DNA from: Bispira polyomma
Lineage: Eukaryota
Direction: 5' to 3'
Assembly: GCA_965649765.1 (NCBI GenBank)
Contig: OZ287757.1
Span: 36,208,001-36,272,000, forward strand
Length of the DNA stretch: 64,000 bases
In this document: in pieces, positions 1-12,182 of the stretch
Numbering within the stretch: the stretch's first letter is position 1
Layout of the letters: the number at the start of each line of letters is the position of its first letter
Translations under genes and position numbers: made by a program
The notes under the pieces: model-generated
Seen by the model: only the letters and a program-made list of their open reading frames with translations
Database searches by the model: none
What the model was told of the DNA's origin: nothing

Positions 1-454
1 GTTACCTACATATATTTTATCTGTTGAAATTTTATAGCTAACTTAAATATTTTGGCTGTTTTTTAGTTAAAATATTAGTACACAAGTTAGAAATTGTCAC
101 TATAATTGAATTATTGTTCACTATTTTTGCTATTCTTAGTTTAAAACGTCAATTATGTAAGTTAATATTTTCACTGAGAAAATAATTTATATCAATCCAA
201 ACTCACTTTAGTTAAAAATAAACTAGCTCAAAATAAAAAATTATTTCTTGATTCAAAATTTTCACTTATGTACAGTATAGTTTATATTTTAAAGGAATAT
301 ATATATATAAAAAGAAATATAGATATAAAATAAAAACAATTCATAAACTCTCTTTAATTTGTTTCAGGACTTTTGATTATATTTAATCACAGAAGGGCGA
401 GGAGGATAGTAATTATATCTACACAATAATAACAACATTACAACCCTACAAACC

Positions 455-997
455 ATGGCCTATGTAGCGAGTGAGTATCACGGTGGTAAGAACCATCCCG
501 AGCAGGTGACTGACGAGTACCTGACCTGTGCCATCTGTAGAGTGCCTGGATTCCGTCAGCCTAAGATCTTGCAGTGTGGCCACGTATTCTGTCTGAAGTG
601 CCTGGAGAGTTACTGGGGCACGGCAAACAACGGGCTCGTCCCGAGCTACGGGAACACCCGCCCGCCCTACAGTGGCCAGCACGGTCGCCGCCCCCACGAG
701 AACCCGTGTGGCGAGTGTGGCATGGACCGGGTAGGGACAGTTCCCACGGATACAGGCTGCCCGCTCTGCGGCCAATCTGCGCCTGTGCTCTCTAGCGGCC
801 TGCACGCTCTGCCGAACTACATCTTCGGTACAACCCAGGCGGACCGGCTGCTGCGCCGGGCCAACAAGTTCCCCATGCCGGCCATTGACGACAGGAGGCT
901 CTACAATATATCTGATTACAACCACTATGGCCATACCAGGACCGCCGCACTCACTCTGACACAGCCGCAGTGGCATGGCTGGAGTATTGCCAAGTAG
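455..997 (+). CDS. Stand-alone TRIM-type C3HC4 RING finger protein (180 aa), single coding exon
   Basis: LTCAIC...PKILQCGHVFCLKCL...CPLC...GLHALPN matches the TRIM-family RING-HC spacing. The ORF is GC-rich within AT-rich flanks. An upstream acceptor tttgtttcag (ends 367) implies a 5'UTR intron. No B-box or coiled coil follows before the TAG. Confidence 0.85.
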   Translation: MAYVASEYHGGKNHPEQVTDEYLTCAICRVPGFRQPKILQCGHVFCLKCLESYWGTANNGLVPSYGNTRPPYSGQHGRRPHENPCGECGMDRVGTVPTDTGCPLCGQSAPVLSSGLHALPNYIFGTTQADRLLRRANKFPMPAIDDRRLYNISDYNHYGHTRTAALTLTQPQWHGWSIAK

Positions 998-2418
998 ACC
1001 GATACAAGGGGGAGGGGGAGAGAGTATGGATGATGCGTGGTTTTATATAAGGATTGGAGAATATAAATTGTGGAGGAAATGGGAACTTTTGGGGTATTAT
1101 AAGGACTTTTTGGGACGTTTAGACACATTAGGACTTTAGGGCATCTGGACATAATAATATAATTGCCCAAAAAAGAACAGTAGGTGGAAATGGCTTTAAT
1201 ATTAGAGAAAAAATTTCAACAATGATGGGAGCTTTTTGAGAAATGGGGATATTGTAACTTTGGATCATGAGAGAATATTGCTGAAATAAACAACTGGACT
1301 ACAATGGGTGGGGCATTGGTTTGAGAATGTCAAGATAATGATAAAGGATGATAGAAATGTTATGGCAGCAAGTAATGGAAAATACTATTTGTTTTTCTTT
1401 TGACCATTGAGTAGTACATGTTACATGTATGGGAATTTCATGCCTACGGTTTAAGCTGTGTATATAGTTGATTTTGTTAGTTATGCAGTCATTTTGTATC
1501 AGTAAACAAGAAAATTGTGATCATTTTACTGCATTAATATGGCTGTACACTGTCCAATATATTTTTTTCATTATTGTGGGAATATACTAAATAAATGTGT
1601 GGTTTCAGCTTTAGAAAACCCAGAAAAATCAGGTGGTATAATTGAAAAATATCTAAAAATAGTACAATTAAAATTCATAGAATATAATAAGAAAACTTCT
1701 TGACAAAGAATCTATGGTCGTCACTGGATGGGGAATATTTTGAAAATGAAGCAGTCTGAAGTTGTTTTTAGTATTCACAACCCATGCAGTCAATTTGCCA
1801 TGGTATCAATATGGCTTTTGTGTAACCAACCTTATGTGTGTGTTTAACTTGCCATAGATTGTTTTTGTCTTATAAGCTTTGTGAAATGTATTATAAATGC
1901 ACAGTTAATATTGAAAACACAGTGACTCTTGTTGAATGTTTTGTTTTTTTCCGTTGTGCTGTTTAATTCACTGGTATACATATTTCCTTTAAAGAACACT
2001 ATTTTGTTTTACATTTTTGTTCTTAAAATCCTGTGAATAAAAAGGGCTGCAAAAGCAATACATATATTGTTTTTTTTCTAAAGGTATATCTCAAATTGTT
2101 TACCCAAACAGGTAATAAAGACTCTTCAGTTTCTTGGTATTCATATTTTTTGAATATGCTGAAAGAGCAAGAATATTGTTTGGGTTAATGAGTAGAAGAG
2201 GAATCATATAGTATAAAACAATAGCCAATTATAAATTTGAATCATGAACTTGGAAGAGTGCAAACATGTCCATCAAATCAACATATTCCAATAATACAAG
2301 TATCAATGTAGACCATGGTGTTAATGATAGTTAAGTGGTGTTAATTTGCAGCAGTATGGTCTAACCTTGGAGCTATAACCTTCACATTAAAAGATTTATA
2401 TGGCCAAGGTTACCATAT

Positions 2419-2628
2419 TGGCCTAGTGGTTTAAAGAGCCTGCTTCACAATCACTGGCCTCACCCATGTGGGTTTGAATCCTGTGTGTTCTTTCATGTGG
2501 GAAAAGTTTGTCAGATATTTGTCGTAGGTCGGTGGTTTACAGCGTTCCAGCACTGGTTTGTTCCTCCATTGAATCTGATCATTGTGTTATGACCTTAGTT
2601 CTTAAAAGTGACGGCAAAACCCAACTAA
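2419..2628 (+). mobile_element. tRNA-derived SINE (Meta/MESC-like central domain)
   Basis: A box TGGCCTAGTGG, B box GGTTTGAATCC, central AAGTTTGTCAG..GGTCGGTGGTTT..GGTTTGTTCCTCCA and tail AAAGTGACGGCAAAAC; homologous to the copies at 3553 and 33455. Confidence 0.75.
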
Positions 2629-2775
2629 ATTAAAAATCTTATAAGGCCTGACTATATCTCAGTAATGACTTGTGATCATTGCAATAAATTTGATGTAACC
2701 CAACTAAATTAAAAATCTTATAAGGCCTGACTATATCTCAGTAATGACTTGTGATCATTGCAATAAATTTGATGT
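2618..2775. repeat. Perfect 79-bp tandem duplication
   Basis: aacccaactaaatt...aaatttgatgt at 2618-2696 is repeated identically at 2697-2775. Confidence 0.95.
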
Positions 2776-2797
2776 TTGAACTTAAGTTAGGACCTAA

Positions 2798-3426
2798 TGC
2801 TGTGGTTACACTGAGTATGTTCTTGTTACGTTACGTTGTTTTTTACGTAAACGGAAAAAAATAAAGTGAAAAACCGTGGTAAAATCGGGAAAATCTATGT
2901 ATGGGCCGCTCTGTACACATTCAGTACGCATCTGTACACGTTTGTACACGCATTTATTACGGTTTAATAGCCGTTTTAATTATGTTTTACTCGTTAGCCA
3001 CATTTTAATAATACGTTAGCCTCGTTAGCCACGTTTTTCGAAATATGTTAGCCACGCTTCTAAAACCATTTCAGTCTAGTTCTCCTCATTTATAATGTTT
3101 TTAACCCGTTTCGGTCTCATTCTCCTCATCCCTAATATTATTTGTAGGTATAGTTCGTTTTACTCCAGTCCTTTATGTCAAATACGCGTTGAATACATGT
3201 CATAAGTTTGCTGCGAACATACCACCCATTTCCAGAAAATTTTCAGCAAATAGCTAAAAACGTGAAAAATTTTGAGCAGTCCGAAAATTAGGACATTTTT
3301 TTAAAAACGGGATATTAAGGGACCATCTCATCCCCGCATGCTTACGTTTTCTTACGCACACTAAGTTTTGCTTACGTTTACTTATATTTTACCTTTTTCG
3401 TGCGTAAGCTCAGTGTGACCACGGCA
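2798..3426. mobile_element. Non-autonomous PIF/Harbinger-type MITE
   Basis: TIRs TGCTGTGGTTACACTGAG / CTCAGTGTGACCACGGCA, flanked by TAA (2795-97) and TTA (3427-29), i.e. a TWA target. Confidence 0.8.
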
Positions 3427-3552
3427 TTACAGTACGAATATTGACTCTTGCTTGTGCAACCTCTTAGTATGGCCAGTTTAACCTTGAACTTATAACCTTC
3501 ACATTACTAACATTTCCAGGCCATATAAAGGAGTAAGTTTTTAGGAACTGTA

Positions 3553-3775
3553 GGGGCGGCGGTGGCCTAGTGGTTAGAAGCGTTAGCGTTCACAATCACT
3601 TGTCTCTTACAAATGTGGAATTGAATCCGTTTTGTTCCTTCATGTTGGACAGATTGTCATGGTATTTGTTGTAGGTCTGTGGTTTACAGTTCTTCAGCCC
3701 TGGTTTCTTCGATCAATAAATCTGGCCCGTTGTGATATGATCTAAACTATTGAAAGCGACGGAAAATGCAACTTT
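3553..3775 (+). mobile_element. tRNA-derived SINE (same family as 2419)
   Basis: GGGGCGGCGGTGGCCTAGTGG head, degenerate B box, GGTCTGTGGTTT..GGTTTCTTCGATCAATAAA..GATATGATCTAAACTATTGAAAGCGACG tail. Confidence 0.75.
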
Positions 3776-3909
3776 AAAATTAATATTGAGGAAATGTATT
3801 GTGCACCTGTGACAGTTGCTCTAAATTCTCAAGCTCATCCTATACTCTAACTTAAGACACATTTTTATGGCTAGAGTGGTGTTGAAATGTTGTCCAAAAA
3901 TTCATGATA

Positions 3910-4464
3910 CAGGGGGGGGGGGGGGGGGGGGACAGCAATTCGTGGTGGACAGCATTTCCCCATTAATATGGTTATTACACCTAATCACTGTATAATATTC
4001 ATTTTAAAGGAATTATTTTCGCATTATAATATTCATATAACATACACATGCCTACACCACAAATATATAGAATACTGTCAGCCTATATAAATTTTAAATG
4101 AATTTAAAGTACCAATACAGCCAAATAAACAGTGGTACTTCACAAAATTTTCATAATATAATTATTATTGTTAATAAAAGTTATGGGTAATATTTTAATG
4201 TAAATATTTACTATTGTTTGAAAATGGCGAAATGTTGTCCACTTCTAATCTATATTAGCCCAGTGACTTTAGTTTCTAACTTGTGGTTAAAATTCATCAG
4301 AAGTACCTTAATGTATCTGGATATGAGTCAGATTTATATGCAATGGAACGACCTTCACAAATTACCAGTGAATTGCCTCAACATTATTTCCTTTTGCTCA
4401 TATTTGTTAAATTTCTGTTAATTTTGAGCGAATCGCTGTCCCCCCCCCCCACCCCCCTCCCCTG
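3910..4464. mobile_element. Tc1/mariner-type MITE with poly-G/poly-C terminal inverted repeats
   Basis: TA|CAG(G)nACAGCAATTCG ... CGAATCGCTGT(C)n..CCTG|TA: inverted termini with a TA duplication on both sides. Confidence 0.75.
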
Positions 4465-5093
4465 TAATTACAAATACAGGTGCTTTCTGTCTATTCTGCT
4501 TTGAAGCTGTGGCTGTGATTCCTAATTTGACATTTAAGTTCAAAATCTAATTTAGATAAATCACTCCATTTTTCACAGTTCGATCTGAAATGTTGTCAAT
4601 GTCATTGATGTAATTAACAACACAGATATGAAACTACAGTAATTTATTTGAGTCTTACAATTTAGTGCTGTTGTAGCATTCACTGTGTTTATTCGATAAC
4701 TGCCTTACTTTGCTAACTGCTTACTGACTGCATATCTACCATATGTCTTTATATCTGCTACAGCAATTTAGAAGGAGTTCTTTTTGTGAATACAGATCTA
4801 TTATGCTCACATATGGTACAGTCATTTATATGGGGACATTATGGTTTAAGATGCAATGCTATCCTGTAAATACTCTACACGAGTGCTTTGTTGGACCATT
4901 TAACTAAAGCAAAAAACAATGAGTACATTATGTTTTATATTGCGTATGGTGTATATTAGTATTGCATGCGGTAACGTCAAATGAACCTTCGAAAAAAATA
5001 GCATTAATCCTTTAAATAACTGAAAACCGTCATTGATCCAATGATTTAAAGTCCAAAACGTACTCAATGTTGTACTTGTGGTACAAATATTAT

Positions 5094-5111
5094 ACTTTCA
5101 GTTTCGCTTTT
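5094..5111 (-). promoter_or_regulatory. IRF-E/ISRE-type element upstream of MIEAP-like gene A
   Basis: The minus strand reads AAAAGC-GAAACT-GAAAGT: three phased GAAA-type hexamers matching the GAAASYGAAASY consensus, ~940 bp upstream of ATG 6051. A second weaker site, GAAAAGGAAACTG, lies at 5418-5430. Confidence 0.55.
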
Positions 5112-6050
5112 GGCATAATATTGTGGATTATTTGAATGCAAACCTATTCCTGTATCCCTCACAAGTGAACACAATAATGAAAGTAAACAAGACACTAAAA
5201 TAATATTCTGTTGTAGTGTATACCATATTTAAAAAAGTGCTGTTTATATCTTGTGGTACTGGTATAGTAGTGAACAATATATGTGCTGCACTTATAACTC
5301 ATCTGTCATGTCCATCGTTATTGTGTACAAACAGTTCATTCAAGTACAAGTGTGCATATATAAAGTGAAGGGGCTATTATAACCAGTAACCAGTATAATA
5401 ACCAGGACGTTTGTCACGAAAAGGAAACTGATCATTCGGGAACTATTATTACACATGTGAATTTGTGAAACCTCTGGATAATATTTATATCATTTGGTGG
5501 TTGTTTTTAAAATCCACAGCAGTGGATATAATTGAATTTATTGAATACTTTTAAGTAATATTTGTCTATTGAATAACAGCTTTAGGAAATACATAGAAAT
5601 GTTAAAAAAGTTTCAGTTGGGAAATTGATGTGTTATATGGGGCACAGGATTGGAAAGCAACACTGCGACAACACAAACTTTTATGTGTACAAGAAAAAAA
5701 GTAAATTTCTCATATCAGGATATTAATTAAATCATAGGTGGAAATATTATACCTGTTGAAACTTTAATTTAAACTAAAGTTAACAGAAATTAATTGTTAC
5801 TATAAACTATTTTTTTTTATTATTTATCAGTAAAAGTTCTAAATTGTCAGTAGTAATTGATTTTTAGCATCCCAACTCATTAAATAAATTAGCATAAATT
5901 AATTTTAAATGAAAATTTGCAGTTCTATACAGTATATATGAGTTTCAAAATAAAGTTATATTAGTCTTGTGACAAAGTGCTTGACAATGTGTTGAGGAAT
6001 TCTGTGTCCAATTCATCTGACAATTTATAAAATAGAAATATTATAATAGT

Positions 6051-9000
6051 ATGGAAGACCATACATTACAAACATTTTGTCAGTTGCAATGCATGGCATG
6101 TCAAACACATGCACAACATTGTCAAACAGAGAGGGATTCTGAACAGAGGGAATTTTACAATGGACAGAACGATCAGTATTTGAAAATGTTCACCCAGGAC
6201 TATTTCTCCAAAACTTACCTGAAAAAAGTATGGAAGTTATACAACGATCTCTTCAAGACTGGGGACCTGTGTGAGTGTATAAAGGGGGAAAACCATTCCC
6301 GTGTAGATACACAACAGATATTGCAGCTGGAATTGGAACCAGGAAGTAAGACCAGAAATGACAAATGGCATCAGTATTGTGAGCTCTTGGAACATGGTAG
6401 AGATGTGGGTGTGATAAAGGGAGAATTGAATGATGTTAATAATAAAGAAAAAGAAAAGCATTTTGAAGTGCAGTATCATCATGCCAAAGGACGGCTGAAG
6501 TTCGTGATGCGTTCTGTACACCTTCTACGACGGTGTATCCAGCAGTTAGGTTTACGGTTAAAGGAGTATGAGACACAAGGGGAACTAGCGGAAAAGGTTT
6601 TGTATCAGCTGGATAAAATACTACAAAGCAATGACACTGATGGTAGTTCTTTCTGTGAATGTGGTATACCTCAGGTGAAGACAGTGTGGGACTTAAAAGT
6701 GGAGAACAGAAGATTAAAGGAGAAACTAAAGAAACAAGATAGTGACTTACAAACTGAAAAAGAGAGATATCAGAAACAGAAAGATACACTGATCCAAGAA
6801 AATAATGATGAACACAAGGCGGAAATTGATAAACTGTGTGTTGTAAATAAATTGAAAAACAAAGTCGAAAGATATAAAAAGGAAAATAAAAAATTAAGAG
6901 CGGAATCTAGTGAAAATCTCAGGAACGTGGAGGAATTGACTAAAGAATTGGACGATTTGATGGAGGAAAAGAACAGAAAAGAGTTAGAGATGCAAGCCAT
7001 GTGGAGGAATCATAGGCAAGAGTTGGAAGTAAAAGTGAAAACAATAGAAGAACTAACACAAAGGTAAGTGTACTTAATTTTCTAATTTAAAATATTTCAA
7101 ATTGTTATTTTTTTCAATCGACGAATGTGCTAGCCTTGTGATACTTCACTAATCATTGTTTGAATATCGGGAAAAATATAAAAATTTTAACATATCTGCT
7201 AACTTGTACAAGATCGAGCCATGTCGCCCACCTATTGTTTTGCCATTTAGGAATGTATGCTGTATGTATTTCTGAAACTTCTACCAAGCATTCAAACAGA
7301 CCATGGACTAAACAAAGTTAGAATTTCGGGAAATAAATATGAAATCTCAATATTTTTCATGACTTTGAATTTTAGTCTTTAGATGGACACTTGACAAAGC
7401 ATTCAAATGCATTATAGAATAAACAAAATTTAAATATCCAGAATGTTGTGTGATATTTAAAAACTGGCTGTGTCTCTAAGCTTAGATTCTGACAGGATCC
7501 TGATAGAAGAATGTGGCAATGCTGCATTGATTGACGGTGAAAAAGAACTAATTATTATCAGGTCCATACCAAGAGTAATGGTATATCCCATTGTAGAGTG
7601 TCTCATTGTGTGTATTTGTTTCCATGTTATAAACGCATGACAACATGATTACAATCAATGATTGTCAATTTATTGCACATGCCTATTAACCCCCGCTTGG
7701 GTAACAGATAACACTGATGCCCTATCAATAAACTAATTTTTACTCGGGATGGTGTGATTACTTTAGGTATCACCGAGGGCATTTTTTGTTGGGGAAACAT
7801 ATTGTTAGTTAACTGATAATTTTAAACTAATATTTAAAAAAAAAACATAAATAATTCACAATGTTAGTTAATCTGAGATCTAGGAACACTGTGTGGTAAT
7901 GTTACAATCCCCTCTTTCCCCAACTAAACCTTTGCCAGACTGTCCGCAAATATAGAAGTGGTGAAGCTTCTACTTCCATAAAAGTACTGTCCAGCATTGT
8001 TATCTGGTGATTTGACCTCCATGGGTCAATTCATTCTGGTATTGTTTGTAGTATGCATGAGATCTAAGAACACTGTATTGTATTTTTACCTATCCCCTTA
8101 ACATCGACTTTTTCTAGACTGTCTGCTGAGATGAGCCAGAAGGTGTCAGCCAATGAGAGTCACCTAGAGAACATCTCCATCAGGGAGCGACCAATGAACA
8201 TCGCGTCAGAGTACGAGCAGTTGTGTTCTAAGCAGTGGCTGCAGGCCAAGTCAGAACTGGATGATAATACACACATAGAAGAGAACAGGAAGATCCAGTT
8301 ACTACTGGACATATTGATAGTATGAGTTGTTTTCCTTCAGCAACTTTAAGAGTAAAAAAGACTTTCTGTTTCCTCTGTAAAACATAGCAAGAGGGCTGGA
8401 TCTAGATCTTTCTCAATCACTGCCCCTGTGTTATATGGAATAATTTCCCAGTTGAGCTGAGGTCACCAGAAACTGTTCAAGTTTAAGAAAAAACTCAATA
8501 CATATTTATTTATAACTTGTTTATCCCTAATAGTTCCCACCCAGCACACCCCAACACTCTTCCTTATTACCTTGACTATGCTTTTCGGACTTCTTGATTA
8601 CTTAAATGATTCTGTTGTTGTGCATTAGGAAATGCCTCGCATCAATATAACACATTAAAATGCATTTTACAAAAATATACAATCGAAATTCTTATGATGC
8701 TATATATGGTTTCACAATGGTATCATGTAAATTAACCCTTTCGATCCTAAGAGAATACTATCGCAGGAAACTGAAAGAATTTTTTGGGTAAAAGGTCACA
8801 GCTTACTGGTATCACTGAAACACAGACCACAGACTACATCCAGCATTCAATAACAGCCTCACGTATAATTCTTTTAAACGCGGAATTGTGCTGTACTAAC
8901 AATTTCCTATTTGAATGATCTGAAGGAAAATAAACTAATATTTTTAAGGATGTCAACTGCTTGCCGATAAACATAGGTTCTGGGAGTAACAAATCCCATC

Positions 9001-10851
9001 GACTGCTGACAGCATGGGGTCAAAATGGTTTAAGGTTTACTCCATTGTGGTACACTCAAACCTGCTTGAGAGACCACCTCTATAGAGACTCTACATATGT
9101 GTTAAAAGATTACACTTTATTTTTCCAAGACTAATGTTAAATAAATATTCAACCTCTATATAAAGACCATGTGTCAATAAAGACTATTTTTAAGGGTTTT
9201 CTTGGTTGGTCTTTATATAAAAGTTTCACCTTACTTACCTTATTCACCTTTTCACTTATATGGTAAATAGCGCCTGTCCTATCTCAATGGTGGATTGCTT
9301 ATTATGGGTAAGGTTATTACCACTGTACAGTAGAACCATGGCACAGGCTACAGCTGTGAACATATCATGTTGTAAAAACTCATTTTTTCTCCACTAAATT
9401 TGAATTTTCATGTTATTTGAAACTGATGTACCTCTTCTATTATACAGTGGACCAGCATTATGTTAAAATATATTGAGATAATAGAGGTTCTACAGCATAT
9501 TTATCCTTTCGATCCCTCTGCTGTCGACAAGCAGTTGACACCCACCAATTCCTCGCAGTAGGAAATGGTTCTTCAGACTCCCCTGTTAAATTTTTTTACA
9601 GGAGGTCCATATTTAATGCAGGAAAATTTTTTTGTGGGGTGTGGTTTAATGGCTATCTAGAACCTTGTGCAGAAAAATTTCCATCAGTTTCTGGCAGTTA
9701 CTTTCTCCCAATCGCGAAAAGGCTTATAATCACTGTCTGCACGTCTGTCTCGAGTATTTGTCATCAGCAGTTCTACAGTCATCTTTCTCACAAACATCCT
9801 GCTACATCACTGAAGCCCCCTCTCTTTAAAACCTTAAATACACAAATTAATTCTGACAAACCTATTGTTTTTCTACACAGACAGCAGAGTCGGAGGCCAC
9901 TAGATGTCACAGGATATTTGTGGACAAGTTGTCAGATATTTTGACCTCCCCACTGTGTGACAGGGTGCTGGTGTATGACTCTAGTACAATGGAGGCAGAG
10001 AGCAACAAGAAAGAAAAGAAGGATGAGTCTATGGGAGGGGGTAATACCATCCCCATTGAGATAACCAATCAGACAGGGGACTTCTTGAGGATGAGGTCCA
10101 GTACGGAAAATGTACAGGTTCTAGTACATGTAAGTTAGATTTGTACATATTCTACTTGTTAATGTAATGTGAGGTACACACGTAATGTTTAAAATGTCAT
10201 TTTGTGGTTTATCAGTTATTATAGTAACATGCATGTTTGTATTGTGTTTAGTTCTAATTTATGCTGCCTATATCTCACTTTATCTGGTTTTCAAAGCAGT
10301 AAGTCATCGTAAGAGTCTCTTGCCTCTATTAAGATTAAAGAAGTAAAAATGAGTAGCAAGATAGTAGGGCTGTTGAGAGACAATAGCTTTCTAATGGGTG
10401 AAAATGAATTTTAAACAAAATATAGTAAAATGTGGGAAGCCAATATTATTTGTTTGAGGTAAGGAGATACATCAGTAAGGAGGACCAGATGACAATTGAC
10501 CCTAGATAGTTCTTAATATACAGTATATCTGTCAATATTTTTCAGGCAATTCAGCAGACCTTAAACCACCAGTACACAGAGTTCAGTGAGCTTCTCCAGA
10601 TGGAGGGATTGCTTACTTATATCCAGGACAGTGCAATACTTGCTTGGAAGATGGTTCTCCAGAGGCCTCCGATGGGCTTCAAACAGCCAGGGATCAATAA
10701 ATCCTGGGCAGGGGAAAATCAGCAGGATGTCTTCTGGAACAGCTCCGATCCCACTGACCAGAGATCAAGAGTGAAGTTCTATGTCTACCCGGCTTTGTAT
10801 CACAGCAGTGCCTTGATGACCAAAGGCAGGGTCTCTCTGGAGTTAGCTTAG
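6051..10851 (+). CDS. MIEAP (mitochondria-eating protein)-C-terminal-domain-like coiled-coil protein, paralogue A (589 aa)
   Basis: Exons 6051-7063, 8118-8319, 9881-10129 and 10546-10851 are all GT-AG and phase-compatible (total 1770 nt, open to TAG). Motifs ENISIRERPMNIASEYEQLCSKQW, AWKMVLQRPPM and YVYPALY..KGRV are typical of the invertebrate MIEAP-like family. The end of exon 1 encodes a long E/K-rich coiled coil. Confidence 0.85.
8735..9029. mobile_element. Possible piggyBac-like MITE relic in intron 2 of gene A
   Basis: TTAA|CCCTTTCGATCC ... GGGGTCAAAATGGT|TTAA degenerate inverted ends; a related fragment lies at ~9500-9545. Confidence 0.35.
9051..9232. mobile_element. Degenerate Tigger/pogo-like MITE
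   Basis: TACACTCAAACCTG..GAGACCACCTCTATA..AAAGACCA..GGTCTTTATATAAAAGTTTCACC internal repeat pattern. Confidence 0.45.
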
Positions 10852-11964
10852 ATGTCTAGGTCACACATTCAGAGTTCAGTTCCATGAACGGCTCTGTTAT
10901 TAAATCTGTGATAATCTTAGGTTAGGAGCTGGACTACCGATAGAGAAACAAGGACCATTACCTTCACCTTATCCATAGATGTGTTGAACTGTCTTTAAAT
11001 TCTCCAGAAATTGCTCTAGGATTTGCTCGCTTTTTGATAATCAAAGTAAAACATGATTGTTTGTGAAGAAAACAATGTGTCAAACTTAAATGCAAAAAGA
11101 AAATGTATACTTGGTGGTAACATGTATATGTAGTTATCCCATGAGAAAACTTGTGTATTCAAGTGTGTGTATACTTAGCCGTAACTTGTAAATATGCAAC
11201 AAAGATGTGTCAGAAACGTGACAAACTGTAACCACCCTTACGAAATAATGTAGTTTTTCAACAGATGGTCACGGTTGACAGACATGATTTATCTGCTTAT
11301 ATACCTGTATATCCTATATCCAAGGCGAAGCAAGAGTTTTTCTGCACCTCCAAAAGTCGTAAAATTACTGTATATTCTTGGTTTGGAATCAGTTATTCTG
11401 ATTCTAACATGACAAACTGAAATATTACCTTAATCTAGTTATACTTAAAAAACTATATTGCTTAAGTACTCCTGTGGGGAACTAATTAACTAGATGTAAG
11501 AGAGTTTATTGAGGACAATGATCTAGGCCATTTAGACGTTGAGGTCCTAGATTTTGACCATACTTTAGAACAGATCAGCAACACAGGCTTGTTCATTATA
11601 AATATGTATGTGTTCACTTGTTCAGAGGTGTTCACTAACGGATGTTTTACTGTGGTGCTAAATTGGCAAATCTATCTAGTCACACAGCCATATAGCATTG
11701 TTGGTTGACAGTGGTAGATAATGGCATATTATCGTAACTTAACTTGGGCTTGTGATCCCCTAGTAACCATCAGGGCTGGCCTTTTGAAGTCATATATACC
11801 TCTGTTTCACACAAAAGCATAAAGAACTAGGTTCAAACTGTCAAAAACATTGTACAAAATTCCTTGTGTTTTTGACGGATGATATCCTAATGGTAGTATA
11901 TATAGAAAACATCTCGAGTGACAAGTATTACAAGAAATCACCGGTGTTAGAAAATATAAACCAG

Positions 11965-12071
11965 GGCCCGTATTCATGAAAGGACTTAGCCAGGTCTTAG
12001 GCTTAAATCTAGTAAAAGAGTATACTGATTTAAGCCTAGGACCTGGCTAAGTGCCTTCGTGAATACGGTCC
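11965..12071. mobile_element. Hairpin MITE, Harbinger-like (CWG target)
   Basis: ~45-bp inverted arms GGCCCGTATTCATGAAAGGACTTAGCCAGGTC.. / ..GACCTGGCTAAGTGCCTTCGTGAATACGGTCC with CAG on both sides; near-identical copy at 33007-33113. Confidence 0.85.
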
Positions 12072-12074
12072 CAG

Positions 12075-12182
12075 GGGCGATGTTCAAAAAGAGGTTAAGT
12101 CTAGGCATTGTCCTAAATATAACAGATTAGTATACTAGACCTAAGACAAAGTCTGGGCTTAATCTTTTAGTGAATAACACCC
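12075..12182. mobile_element. Second, older hairpin MITE of the related family, abutting the first
   Basis: GGGCGATGTTCA...TGAATAACACCC flanked by CAG 12072-74 (shared with the previous element) and CAG 12183-85; similar central AGTATACT. Confidence 0.65.

Noticed and set aside
446-976. 176-aa minus-strand ORF
   Set aside because: Antisense shadow of the GC-rich RING CDS; no motifs.
6051-10851. Naming the MIEAP-like genes SPATA18
   Set aside because: Only the C-terminal domain family is recognisable; orthology is not supported.
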